From: Styela clava
Lineage: Eukaryota
Length of the DNA stretch: 64,000 nucleotides
Direction: 5' to 3'
Assembly (NCBI RefSeq): GCF_964204865.1
Contig: NC_135260.1
Coordinates: forward strand, 3,844,001 to 3,908,000
In this document: positions 24,985 through 37,396 of the stretch, piece after piece
Position numbering within the stretch: the stretch's first letter is position 1
How the letters are laid out: the number at the start of each line of letters is the position of its first letter
Made by a program: the position numbers and the translations under genes
The notes under the pieces: model-generated
The model's database searches: none
The model's input: the letters and a program-made list of their open reading frames with translations, nothing else
What the model was told of the DNA's origin: nothing

Positions 24985-25840
24985 TGCAGTTGGGTTCGTG
25001 GATCGGAAGACATTTTGAGACATCGTGACTGTGAAGCCTGCCTGTCTCGGTGGGCGTTGGTGTATAATGGTAATGTGGCCTCCTGTCATTGGCTGAGGAA
25101 ATACTTGTCTTGGGGGAACAATTACAGCTTTTCGTGCAACAGGAATTTTGCATAACTAGGTAACTTCATAAATTGACCATTCACAAGTCGAGAATATGCA
25201 ATCTGTGAAGTATAACTTCAACGGTTCAAGTTTATACAAAATTTATTTGTGTACTAACTTTGGCTTCACATGGGTTGAGGAAGTTCATTACTGGCCATTG
25301 TACGTAACTGGTGAGCGGTTGAACTTCGTTAGAGATTGTCCAGGTGCACCATGTTCAATCCTCACATATCCAGAATTAGAGTTCCGAGCCATTGTTTTGA
25401 ACGAACTTGAGTGTAGGTCACTAGATAGTCAAATCTTCTTCAATACACAATACTTCAACAAGTCCTGTTTTTGTGGATTACTGGCAACCTAGCTACAGTT
25501 TTATTCTATATCACTGAAATATTAATAATTGCATATTTATTAGATAGTGAACATACAATCACACAAATTTAAATATTCAGAACATTAAAGTGATTGAAAT
25601 TCTTTAATCAAACAAAAACTATGGATGACAAAAATCAAAAAAATATACAGTTCTTCAAATCAGAAAATTCAGCCTTTTTGAAGCAATCAAAATTATTGAA
25701 CAATGAATAGATTTCAAATTAGAACATTTAAAATAATGAATATATAAGTTCAAACCAAAAAAATACAGATGCATGATCACAGAAAACAAAGAATGAAGGA
25801 AAATCCTTTGATCTGTAAATTTAATGTCCATAATATATAT
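24985..25840 (-). repeat. Companion module and 3' flank downstream of K3
   Basis: Homologous to 44560-45330, 33233-33660, 54640-55090 and (reverse) 4390-5160. Confidence 0.85.
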
Positions 25841-26683
25841 AAGTACCGGTATATAATATAAACATAATAGTCAAAAATGTGTCTGTGGATTCAAAATATT
25901 ATACAAGTTAATAACTGGAGTTGAAATTTGCATCATCGTCGAGCCGAAGTCTTAAAATGTTTATCAGGTTTGGAGTTGAATGTAAAATCTCTACGATTTC
26001 ACCACAACAGAATTACAATTTGGAACATTCTCATATTATAAATTATGTCGATAACTGTTAAAAATATCCACATAACTCAAATTTCATACTGGCATTAAAA
26101 GCCACATAAATCATTTTCACAAGAAATCTTGGAGTTTTATATTTGTATTATTTTGATATAAATTTTTGCAGCAGTCTTCAAACTTCATGAAATATTTTAA
26201 AATTCTCTCAAATAAATAATGTTAAAATTTATTATATATAATGAAATGTTGCATATGGAGAAAAGTAAAAGCATATGAATAATATGAAGCAAAAATAATA
26301 TGGCTGCCCGTGAGCTTATGAGCTCAACTCTGCAATTCCATGGCAATGAGGTTCGAACCGATGTTATTCATCTCATGCTGAACACCTCTACCAGAATGTG
26401 TGGCAAATGGTACTGCTCAACTTTAGATAGATTGCTTGTTGTGAAAATATGTGGGGTTTACTTTTTTTCATGGGAGAGGAAAGTCAATAAGACGGCTCAA
26501 TCATATTGCCTCTCATCCGGCAAAAAATAAAATGGTTGAAATGAGAAAATATCAAGAGTGATACAGCTAGGATAGTCAAAAACCTATCTGGGAAGGTTCA
26601 CCCAATGGAAAAGTTTATATAAAATAGTATTTACAAGCAACAAATATATTTCCTCGTTATCAACTTTTACCAAGGTTACACAT

Positions 26684-28642
26684 CTATTGAGCATAGCTAC
26701 AGCAATAAAGCCATTGTAGCCCATCCATTTCACAGACTATTTCCCATTCACCAGTTTTCTCATTGAATTTTTCAATAGAATCCTTATTCAGGCCTTTACT
26801 TCCAGCACCACCGACTGCATACATTTTATTATCAATAACACATGCACTGAACCAACCTCTTTTCATCTTCATTTTTGCAATTTCTGTCCATGAGTGAACA
26901 ACAGGGTTATAACATTGAACATTCCTGTTAAAGCGATTTTTATCATAACCTCCCAGTATATAAACCATACTTTGAGAAACGACTGCTGCACTACCTGCTG
27001 TTTTATAAATCATCTGTGGCAGGAAAGACCACTTATTTGTTCCAGGATCGTATACTTTTGCTTCTCTTCCTGTTGACCATCCTCCCATTGCATATATGAA
27101 CCCATAAGAGGCAGCAGCACAAAATCCATGATCAAGACCACATGAAGGCAAATTTTTATCCCATCTGTCTCTGGCGATATCATATCGCACTGTATGCTGA
27201 TCATGGCTGATAATATAAATTCCACCCTTGAGATAAAGCATCTTATCTGACCAGTGACTCTCTTTTTCAACCTTAGCTTTCTCAATCCATCGACCATCTT
27301 GTAGCAAAGACAATTGATTACCATCTGAAGCATACAATCGTCCCTCAGCATTGACAAGATGAATGCCAACATCATAATCTGACTGCAAACTAAACCATTG
27401 ATTTGTTTGGAGATTCAGAGCCTTTATACCAGTATCTGATGAGACAGCAATACGTGGGACAAGTGTTCCAATCTGACCTTTGAAATAAGCATCAAGTAAC
27501 AAATCTTTACACTTATGCGACTCTTTAACCAACGGCTCCTTTCTGATTGTCCGCCGAATAAAATCATCAGAAAAATCCTGAAGTTTTATCAACTCGAATA
27601 AGTCTGGAAAAACTTTCTGATGACGACGACTTTGTTTGGCCCATTTCAGTGCAGCTTCCCATTTAATTTTCTCTGGAAAATATTTTGTTTCTTGAGATTT
27701 GAACAAGAAGAACATTTCATCTTTTTCCAACTCGATGAATTCATCCATTGGTACAATTTGTTCAAAATTCTGAGCCATAAATTCATTGACTATATTTCTG
27801 ACAGTCTCTGAGAAAACCTTGTTTTCGATCTGATTAATCTTCCTCAAAATGAATAAAGTGTCGAGCGACAAATTCACTTTCAACCCATCAATATTCGAAA
27901 GCAATTTTTTGATGAGAAAACTTTTTGCATCTGGAGAAATTTCGAATAAAGAATCATTTAGCAGAACAGTGAGCAAAAATTTATACGGGAACTCACCAAA
28001 ATGCAAATTCTCCATTAATTCTGATTCAATCTTTTCACCTTTGTTTGAAATCCATCTTCTCACAGCATGCCAAACTACTTCATGATTTTTATTCAACTCT
28101 TGCAGATAAAATACGATTTCTTCTTTGCTCAGATGTAAAAAATCTTCAACCAAAATTAGAGACTCAAAATTATCCACAATGAATCGTTCAGCAGTGGTTT
28201 CTAGCACCTTGCGATCATAAAGCCTTGCCAACCTGACCACTAGAAGGCAATGCTGCACTGACAGATTATTTTCCATGAAATTAAAGCATATACTTGATAA
28301 TACATCAAGCTGCATTAAGTGGGAAGCATACAAGGTATTCTCAACAGATTCCATGGATGGATTTGCTTCACCAGTATACATGAAATCTACACACTGCCCT
28401 ACAGCATCAGCACAGATGTCTTTCATAACGACAAAACCATTCTGAGCCTCAACCATGTTGCTTGAAAACATGCCTTTGAAGTACTTTGATACTGCGGCAA
28501 GCAGGTCTCGATGGACTTTGAAAGATTTGTCACCAACTTTGATTGTGAAGTTACAAATGCAATCAGATTGTTTTAGTTCATTGAATGATGAAAGTACATT
28601 CAATGAGTGGGTAATCTTTGCAGATTTTCCAAAATCAGCCAT
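26684..28642 (-). CDS. K3: kelch-like protein, BTB-BACK-BACK-Kelch, 652 aa
   Basis: Intact ORF colinear with K1. Confidence 0.93.
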   Translation of the reverse strand: MADFGKSAKITHSLNVLSSFNELKQSDCICNFTIKVGDKSFKVHRDLLAAVSKYFKGMFSSNMVEAQNGFVVMKDICADAVGQCVDFMYTGEANPSMESVENTLYASHLMQLDVLSSICFNFMENNLSVQHCLLVVRLARLYDRKVLETTAERFIVDNFESLILVEDFLHLSKEEIVFYLQELNKNHEVVWHAVRRWISNKGEKIESELMENLHFGEFPYKFLLTVLLNDSLFEISPDAKSFLIKKLLSNIDGLKVNLSLDTLFILRKINQIENKVFSETVRNIVNEFMAQNFEQIVPMDEFIELEKDEMFFLFKSQETKYFPEKIKWEAALKWAKQSRRHQKVFPDLFELIKLQDFSDDFIRRTIRKEPLVKESHKCKDLLLDAYFKGQIGTLVPRIAVSSDTGIKALNLQTNQWFSLQSDYDVGIHLVNAEGRLYASDGNQLSLLQDGRWIEKAKVEKESHWSDKMLYLKGGIYIISHDQHTVRYDIARDRWDKNLPSCGLDHGFCAAASYGFIYAMGGWSTGREAKVYDPGTNKWSFLPQMIYKTAGSAAVVSQSMVYILGGYDKNRFNRNVQCYNPVVHSWTEIAKMKMKRGWFSACVIDNKMYAVGGAGSKGLNKDSIEKFNEKTGEWEIVCEMDGLQWLYCCSYAQ

Positions 28643-30059
28643 ATTCAGAATCCTGGAAAATCTTCCCAGATAGTGAAGCCTTTATAACAGTTAAATATGC
28701 TGATGTAACTAGATTCTGTTATATTTGTGTAGTAAGTAAATATTTGAGTCAGAATTTTGTTTTTGCAACACAATATATATAAATGAGAATAGTAGTAGTA
28801 GAATATAGTAGTATGTATTAAAATAACATTCAAGGTAACAAAATAGTCAAATTCTAATTTATAACAGCAATGTCCTGGAGCAATGCTTTTCAAACATTGC
28901 AACCTAATTTTTCGAGGAATCCTGACTTAGGAACAAGATTTGTCAGATACATGACTCCGACTCGATTATGACAGTAACGATCGAATATTCCTTAAAGCGT
29001 TCCAAATTTAAGAGACTTCGAAAAGCCCAAACTGGAAATTTAGCTAAAACCTAATATTTTATCTCAATATTGCTTTACTTGAGTTTGCTATGGATGTTCC
29101 ATCTTACTCTTACCATATTCCCCCGAAAATAAGACCTAGCCGAAATATAATACCTAGCCTGATTTTTGAAAAGGTTTTTAAATCGAGCCTTCCCTAAAGT
29201 AATACCTAGTCGATAGCGCGAAATTTTGATTTGAAAATTTATGAATCTAGTGACTTGCAAGACATTCCAGATGATGATGATATGGTCATTTTTAAATAAT
29301 CTATATTCATCAATGAATATCGGTTTTTATATTTTGTATATTTGAAAATCTAGAATTTCTCAGCTTTGTCATTTTGATAGATGAAAATAAAAGACATCTC
29401 TGAAAATAAGCCCTAGTGTTATTTTTCGAAAGGAAATTTACATAACAGCCTGTTCTGTTTTTGTTTAAATTCAAGCATTTCTGAATGAAAACAAATTCGT
29501 GGCAAACATTTAAGTAGCAGCTTGATATTGGGCCATATGCTCCGTTAAATTCAGCATTGGCCCACCAGAGTGAAAATAAATTTTTTGTATTTGGCAATAA
29601 TGAAGGACTTGCAAGGAATATATGAGTCAGTGGCATTATATAAAATATAGAGTTTACAAAGATGTGAATGGAACATTGCTGTCAAAGGCTATAAAACAGT
29701 TTTCTCTCATCTAATTCGATTAGCTGGCAGCTCTCCCTTGTTCACTGTCAGGATACCTTACAGGCAAAAAAAAAAACTAAGCTAAAATTTTTATCCAATA
29801 GCTTCAATTATGTGGAATTCATGACCTAAAAGCTAAATAATTAACATATATTGCCTGAAGTTTTGAGTCAATCGGAACTCACTAATGCTCGATTCTACAT
29901 TATAATGATTTATAGTCCCAGGCACTGTAGTCCAACCTCGCTCAGAAATTATTCTCTCTTAAATTTCTGAATTAGTGCGCGTGGACTTGCTTTGAGCACA
30001 TTTTCATCAAAAAATCTGTAACGTTTATTATCTCTACACCACACTATAGTCCTAACTCG

Positions 30060-32220
30060 AGCAATAAAATAAGTTTAAGCTGAATCGAGATATAACAGTT
30101 TGTTTTTCGTCAACTCCAGCCATCAAATTACCTATTGGCGTCATATTACCAATTTATTTAAAAATTGTGTTTACCAAACATGGCCAGTGTCTCAGCAGTG
30201 TGTTTTACCAACGGACCATGCTCGATCTTACAAATGTAAATTATTACACTATTAACTTATCGAATAACGTCACTTAATCTATTTCCTTATGAGCTATGAC
30301 TAGTTAACCAGCATGACTCGATGCAATATGCAATGCACAAATATATGTACACAAAGGTTGATATGTCATTACAATATGAGAAGAATTACAGCCAAATTAT
30401 ATAAGGATTGCACTGTATGTCATTTAACTTGGGATAAATATATGAAGTCGATGGCTAGAAGGTGATCACTAGCAAAAGCATTTTATAATTCGATTCGAAC
30501 CGTTTTCCTATCATCAATTCTGACTAGACTCTGAATAATCTGTCACTGGTGCATGAGGAACCCATATTCTCTTTTTTTAACATAAGATTACCCCCCTTAA
30601 TACTCTTTTAGGACTGGCATAGATATCATTTCTGAGTCATATCTTTATCATACAATGCATTTTCGCACTGCTCATTACGACCAAAGAAGGCACTGTAACA
30701 GAAATGTAAGGTGCTAATATTTATGGTAGGCCCCGAATATTTCCAATTCGGCAATAGTCTATCTTTAACACTTTCATCGTAAGTACAGGGTGCCAAGGAA
30801 TTGGATTATTTGGAATATATTCTAGAACTGGAGTGGACAAAGGTTTTTTCAAGGGACGCACCAAAAAACGTCCGCACTAAGAAACATTGACTGTGTACCA
30901 CTGTGCAGAGCTTTGTTGAAAGTGAATTCCAGGGATTACGGTTTATATACTTCATAAGCTCACTAGAATACAGTATTGCGATTTGTTCTAAGAAACATTA
31001 GTAAATTGGATTTTCTGTAAATATACTCTTACAGTTTTAAGGGCAAGGGCATGGTTTTTCATCTGAATAAGCTGTTTTATCGACTTCCCTGAACCTCGGG
31101 ATATATATTCTATCCCATATGAACAGAAAGAAAAAAAGGTTATGGTGGGGCATAAACAGCATATGTAATTCGACACTAACAATAATGCCATCCTATACAT
31201 TTCATTGATTCCCCAGGTTTGGTCAAACATAAATTGTACGAAGTATGATGGACCTTAACTATGTATTACTCTTAGGCCATTATTCATTTATTTTATTCAA
31301 TGCAATAAAATAATCCAATCTAAGCTGCATAGAAATATAACTGTTTGTTATTTCGTCAACTCCGGTCATTAAATTACCTATTGGCGTCATATTACCAATT
31401 TATTTAGAAATTGTGTTTCCAAACATGGTCAGTGTTTCAGCAGTGTATTCAACCAACGCACCATGCTCGATCTTACAAATGTAAATCATTATACTATTAA
31501 ATTATCGAACAACGTCAGCAAATCTATTTCCTTATGAGCTATGACTAGTTTATTAGCACGGCTCTATGCAATATGCAAAGGTTGATTTGTCATTAAAATA
31601 TGAGCAGAATTTCAGCCACATTTTATAAGGATTGGTCTGTATGGCATTTGACTTGGGATAATTACATAAAGTCAATGGCTAGGTGACCAATAGCAAAAAC
31701 ATCTTATAATTCAATTTGAGGCGTTTTCCCACTTTCCGCGTTTTCCCACTTTCAATTCTGATTGGGCTCTGAATAATCTGCCACTGATGCAAGAAGATCA
31801 ACTATTCTCTCTTTTTTATCAGATTACCTCCTTTGATACTCTTTTAGCGCGTGCACAGATATCATTTCTGAGTCATATATTTATCATACGATGCATTTTC
31901 ACACTGTTCACTACGAGCAAGACACTGTCATAGAAATTTAAGAAGTTAATATTTATGGTAGGTCCAGAATTTTCTCATTCGACATTTGCCTTCCCAATCT
32001 AACACTTTCATCATAAGTACAGGGTGCCTCCCAGAGCTTGGGTTATTGAGAACATATTCTAGAACCGTGGTGGGCAGGCAACGTTTTTCTAAGGGCCGCT
32101 CTAAAAAAAAATTTGACTGTGTCACCACAGTGCAGAGCTTTGTTGAGAGTGAATATTGGGGAATAGGATTTATATACTTCAAATAAGATCTTTAGAATAC
32201 AGTAATGCGGGTTGTTCTGT
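30060..32220. repeat. Older ~1.24-kb-period tandem duplication within the intergenic region
   Basis: 30062-30990 resembles 31304-32220 (caataaaata..ttcgtcaactcc..aaattacctattggcgtcatattacc..gtgcagagctttgttga). Repeated again at 49183-51372. Confidence 0.85.
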
Positions 32221-34100
32221 TTAAAAACTATTGTTTGATAGAGTAGATGGGTGAAACAAAACACAAACTTGGCAGCAAATGCGTTTTTTTTTGTGGCGTG
32301 AAGATTGGAGGTGTATACTAAGGATCAATGTTTTTTTAATACAATAATATTTCACTTTCCACAATGATATCATGTGAACAAGGTTTCTCACATATTTTCA
32401 ATATTATTGACAGTGATGAACTTTTCAAAGTCCCTTGCCAACTGCTATATCCTTCACATTACTCTTAAGTCTCAACCATCGGTGTCACTTGCAATCTTTC
32501 TTTAGACTACCATCATCTATGTACTTGTATACTGCACCCAAGCAATTTGTATGCAATTCTAGAGAATGTATTTGGTGGTAATAAAAGTATATTATCGCAC
32601 ATCATGGGAGCAGTGATTATAAATGACCTTTGACCCAGACAAAAGTTATTATTAAGAATCATTAAAACAAATATTTGATTAAGAATCATTCAAACAATAT
32701 TTTTTAATGAATATAACATACAGATCCTTGATATGTGATAGTTCCTATATTGATCGAATACCAACATTTTATTAATTCACATTGATCTAATATAAGAGCC
32801 ATTTAATCAAGCCATACATATCAGTGTACAATCGATATTTACATGTATTGAATATGATCTGCATTTAGTTTAGATGGTTCCAGTGAGTTTCATAACCAAC
32901 CCAAGTCACAAAACACCAGTACGTGATGGAAATGGAGTTCATTGCAGAGTGGTTGCCTGGGGTATTCAGAAAGCCATCGTTGGTAGGGAGCACTGGAATG
33001 GACTTGTGTAGAGGGTACAGGCTGTGATCGTGAATTCATTGGTGAGTGGTATTGGGTGAATCGGAAGCATCTGTCCTGGTTGGTGATAATACCAGCATTG
33101 AAGTGTACGATGGAACTCTTGTCACTAGTTGAGAATGTACTCGTTCTGGTGGAACAACTACAGCTAACTACAACAAAACGCGAAATAATCAATGTTATGT
33201 GAGAGCATGTTCACGATAGTTGTCTGGAATCTACTTGCCTTGGTGCATCGGGCATTCCTGGGTAATTCAGCATTGACAGGTACTATCATATATGGACCAT
33301 TTGTAAGTCAAAATATGCAATCTGCAAACTTCAATATGTCAAGTTTATACAAAAGTTATTTGTGTACTGTCTTTGGCTTCACATGGGTTAATGACTGTGA
33401 GCATATACCTAACTGATGAGCGGGTTGAAATCTGAATTATAGATTGCTAAGGTGTCTGTTCATATTCAATCCTCACATATACAAAATCGGGTTCCGAGCC
33501 ATTATTTTGACCAAACTTGAGTTTGGGTCACTGGATTGTCAACTCTTCTTCAATACACAAGACTTCAACTAGTCCTGTCTTTGAAACAGATTACTGGCAA
33601 CCTACCCACAGTTCAATCTATATCACTAAAGTTAATAATTGCTTACATATTAGATAGCTATCTACATTTGAATTAGTAGCATATAAAGTATAGAGCACAC
33701 TAAGTAAATAAATTTGCTGCTCAATGAATAAAAAAGTCCTCTCTGCAGTGGAGTATTGAAGTTGAAAAATTTAAAAATATATTTCCACTGAAATTGTCAA
33801 CATTATCAATCTTATGATATGAGAAATCAAATATCTATTACATCAAACACATATGGAGTGCAATATTACATAAAAAACAAGTGCATATGAACAACATGAA
33901 GCAAAGTAATGCAATAAATGCCGATATAAGTGTGAGATAAAATGAACACCAAGCAGTGAAACGTAACCATTCAAAAATTAAAACTCGATGAGGAGGAAAT
34001 AAAAAACAGAGGGAGAGTTCAGGATGAATTTGTTACAGTTACAATGCCAATGACTTAATGAGATGATATTTATCTAGAACTGCATTTCTTCGGTTAATTA

Positions 34101-34712
34101 CAGGGGTCGGCAACCTTTTGTCGCTCGCGGGCCAAAATAATGGTTGCAAGTAATTGGCGGGCCGCACATATTTTTAGAAAGTTGAAAACCGAACGAATGA
34201 TACTTTTTATAATAAAAATGAAGCAGTGAGACATCTCTAGAATAGAATATAGATTTATTTCCTCATTGCATTGCATTTTTGGCGCCTTTTGAACCCTTTG
34301 CACTTAGCATCAACTATTCTACATTTTGTTGCCATTTGTCTAATTATATTTAAATTATAGCCTCATTAAACGAGTAATTGTGAATTTTATACTTGTTAGA
34401 TTATAATATAATTACTATTATTTTATATTATATTACTATAATTCAGTGAAGCGTCGCGGGCCGGATTATGTTACTGGGGGTGTGGGGGGGTTCTCAAATT
34501 TTTTTTCGCCAAGTTAGATCGAAACAGCTAGCGGGTCCGATCAAACGCTGGAATACGCGTGTTTTTAGTAGCCTTGAGGGTCTAAAAAGCATTTTAAGCT
34601 ACGGTGCTATCTACGATACAGAAAAATTATTTTTAATTTTTTTACATTTAAAAAGGGGGGGGAGGTCGACCCGCAAAACCACCCCCTGGCTACGTCACTG
34701 TGCCGACCCCTG
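34101..34712. mobile_element. hAT-type MITE (internally deleted copies at 55541-55817 and ~62030-62306)
   Basis: TIR caggggtcggca / tgccgacccctg; flanks gttaatta / gattaata. Confidence 0.75.
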
Positions 34713-35037
34713 GATTAATACATTCTATTACAGTGCTTACTGAATCGTGGAAAAATGAGAAAAAGACTAGAGCACATCTATTTACTAAGGAAAGGTAACG
34801 AATAAAGTTTGGCTAATTGATACCAAATGAGCCAAATCACAACATGTCTGATATTGAAGTTTCTTGGTAATTATAAACAAAAGTCAACTAAATCACATTA
34901 TTATGTACAATTTTGTATCTGAAATTGATATTGAATTGAAGGAAAATATTGAATCGTCAGATTCATTGCCATATAGTCAGTATATATAAGAAACAAGTGT
35001 ATTTCCTCGTTATCCACTTTTAACATTGATTACTTAT

Positions 35038-37001
35038 TTATCGAGCAAAGCTACAGCAACAGACCCATTGAACATGAAGCGGATCCATTTCACAGACTAT
35101 TTCCCATTTACCAGTTTTCTCATTGAATGTTTCAATAGAATTCGTCAGGTCTCGATAACTATCCCCACCGACTGCATACATTTTATTATCAACAACACAT
35201 GCACTGAAATATTGTCTACACATCGCCATTACTGCAATTTCTGTCCATGAGCGAACAGTAGGGTTATAACATTGAACATAACAGTGAGGATACCCAATAT
35301 CATCTCCTCCCAATACATAAACCATACTTTGAAACACGACTGCTGCACTATCATATGCTTGATGAGACATCTGTGGCAGTGGAGACCATTTCTTAATTCC
35401 ACGATCGTATACTTTTGCTTTCCTCCATGCTGCCCAACCTCCCATCGCATATATAAACTCATCAGAGGCAGCAGCACAAAAACCATCACCAAGATCACAT
35501 GAAGGCAAATTCTTATCCCATCTGTCTTTGGCAATGTCATATCGCATTGTATTCTGGTCACGGTTGATAATATAAATCCCACCCTTAAGATAAACCATCT
35601 CATACCTCTCATCACTCTTCCTTTCAACCTTGGCCTTCTTAGTCCATCGACCATCTTGTAGCAATGACAATTTATTTCCATCTGAAGCATACAATCGTCC
35701 CTCAACATTGACAAGATGAATGCCAACATCATAATCTGACTGCAAACTAGACCATTGATTTGTTTGGAGATTCAGAGCCTTTATACCAGTCTTTGTTGTG
35801 ACAGCAATATGTGGAACAAGTTTTCCCCCCTGAGCTTTGGCATGGAGAATATCAAGCAATAAATCTTTACACTTATGCGACTCTTGAACTAAAGGTTCAT
35901 TTCTGACTGTTTGTCGAATAAACTCATAAGAAAAATCCTGAAGTTTTATCAACCCGAACAAGTCTGAAAAAAATTTCTGATGACGGCGACTTTGTTTGGC
36001 CCATTTCAGTGCAGCTTCCCATTTAATTTTCTCTGAAGAATATTTTGTTTCCTGAGATTTGAACAAGAAAAAAATTTCAATTTTTTCCAACTCGATAAAT
36101 TCATCCATCGGTACAATCTGTTCAAAATTCTGAGCCATGAACTCATTGATTATATTTCTGACATTCTCTGAGCAAACTTTGTTTTTGATCCGATTAATCT
36201 TCCTCAAAACGAATAAAGTGTTGAGGGATAAATTCACTTTCAACCCATCGATATTTGAAAGCAATTTTTTGATGACAAAACTTTTTGCATCTGGAGAACT
36301 TTGTACCAAAGAATCATTTAACAGATCAGTGAGCAAAAATTTATGAGGAAACTCTCCAAAATGACAATTCTCCATTAATTCTGATCCAATCTTTTCACCT
36401 TTGTTTGAAATCCATCTTCTCACAGCATGCCAAACTACTTCATGCTTTTTATCCAACTTTTGCAGATAAAATACAAGTTCTTCTTTGCTGAGATGTAGAA
36501 AATCTTCACCCAAAATCAGAGACTCAAAATTATTCACGATGAATCGCTCAGCAATGGTTTCCAGCTCTGTACGATTATAAAGCCTTGCCAACTTGACCAC
36601 TAGAAGGCAATGCTGCACTGACAGATTATTTTCCATGAAATTAAAGCATATACTTGATAATACATCAAGCTGCATTAACTGGGAAACATACAAAGTATTT
36701 TCAACAGATTCCATGGATGGATTTGCTTCACCAGTATACATGAAATCTACACACTGCCCTACAGCATCAGCACAGATGTCTTCATAACGACAAAACCATT
36801 CCGAGCCTCAACCATGTTGCTTGAAAACATGCCTTTGAAGTACTTTGATACTGCGCCAAGCAGGTCTCGATGGACTTTGAAAGATTTGTCACCGACTTTG
36901 ATTGTGAAGTTACAAATGCAGTCAGATTGTTTTAGTTCATTGAATGATGTAAGTACATTCAATGAGTGGGTAATCTTAGCAGATTTTTTAAAATCAGCCA
37001 T
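35038..37001 (-). pseudogene. K4: kelch-like gene with a single 1-bp frameshift in BTB
   Basis: Span is 1964 bp (1965 minus 1). It reads ATGAAGACATC where all paralogs retaining the BTB read ATGAAAGACAT (~36781). Otherwise fully open, so it could be a sequencing error. Confidence 0.8.
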
Positions 37002-37396
37002 TTCTGAATTGCTTCAAGATTTTTACTGATAATAGAGGCTTTACTGTAGAATGATAATTGAACTAGATAGTTTAATTACGGTATGTTAAGAGTAAATATA
37101 ATAATAATCAAATATATATAAATAAATACAAAAAAGCAGCTTAAGGACCTTATACGAGTCTGGTGTAGTTTCGTACCACAAGTCTGTCTGGTTGGCGTAG
37201 CATAACGATTTTTGTACATCTCAATCCTAACCCTCCCCCCCCCTGACTACGCCATCCAAAAATTACGTCACTACGACATCACAATCACGTCATAGAGCTT
37301 GCCAAATATACCTATTATCGCGTGAAATAGCATCTGCGCCGACGATAAGAAACTCACTTTCGGCAGCGATCTCTCTAGTCGTCGAGTAATCTAGAC

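Larger units (their letters stand above)
28643..36400. repeat. Direct segmental duplication, copy 1 (copy 2 ~47507-57430)
   Basis: Long near-identical stretches, e.g. 29840-31380 vs 48960-50510 and 33233-35030 vs 54661-56140. Copy 1 lacks 52426-54660 (junction ggaatct|acttgcc at 33232/33233). Confidence 0.9.
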
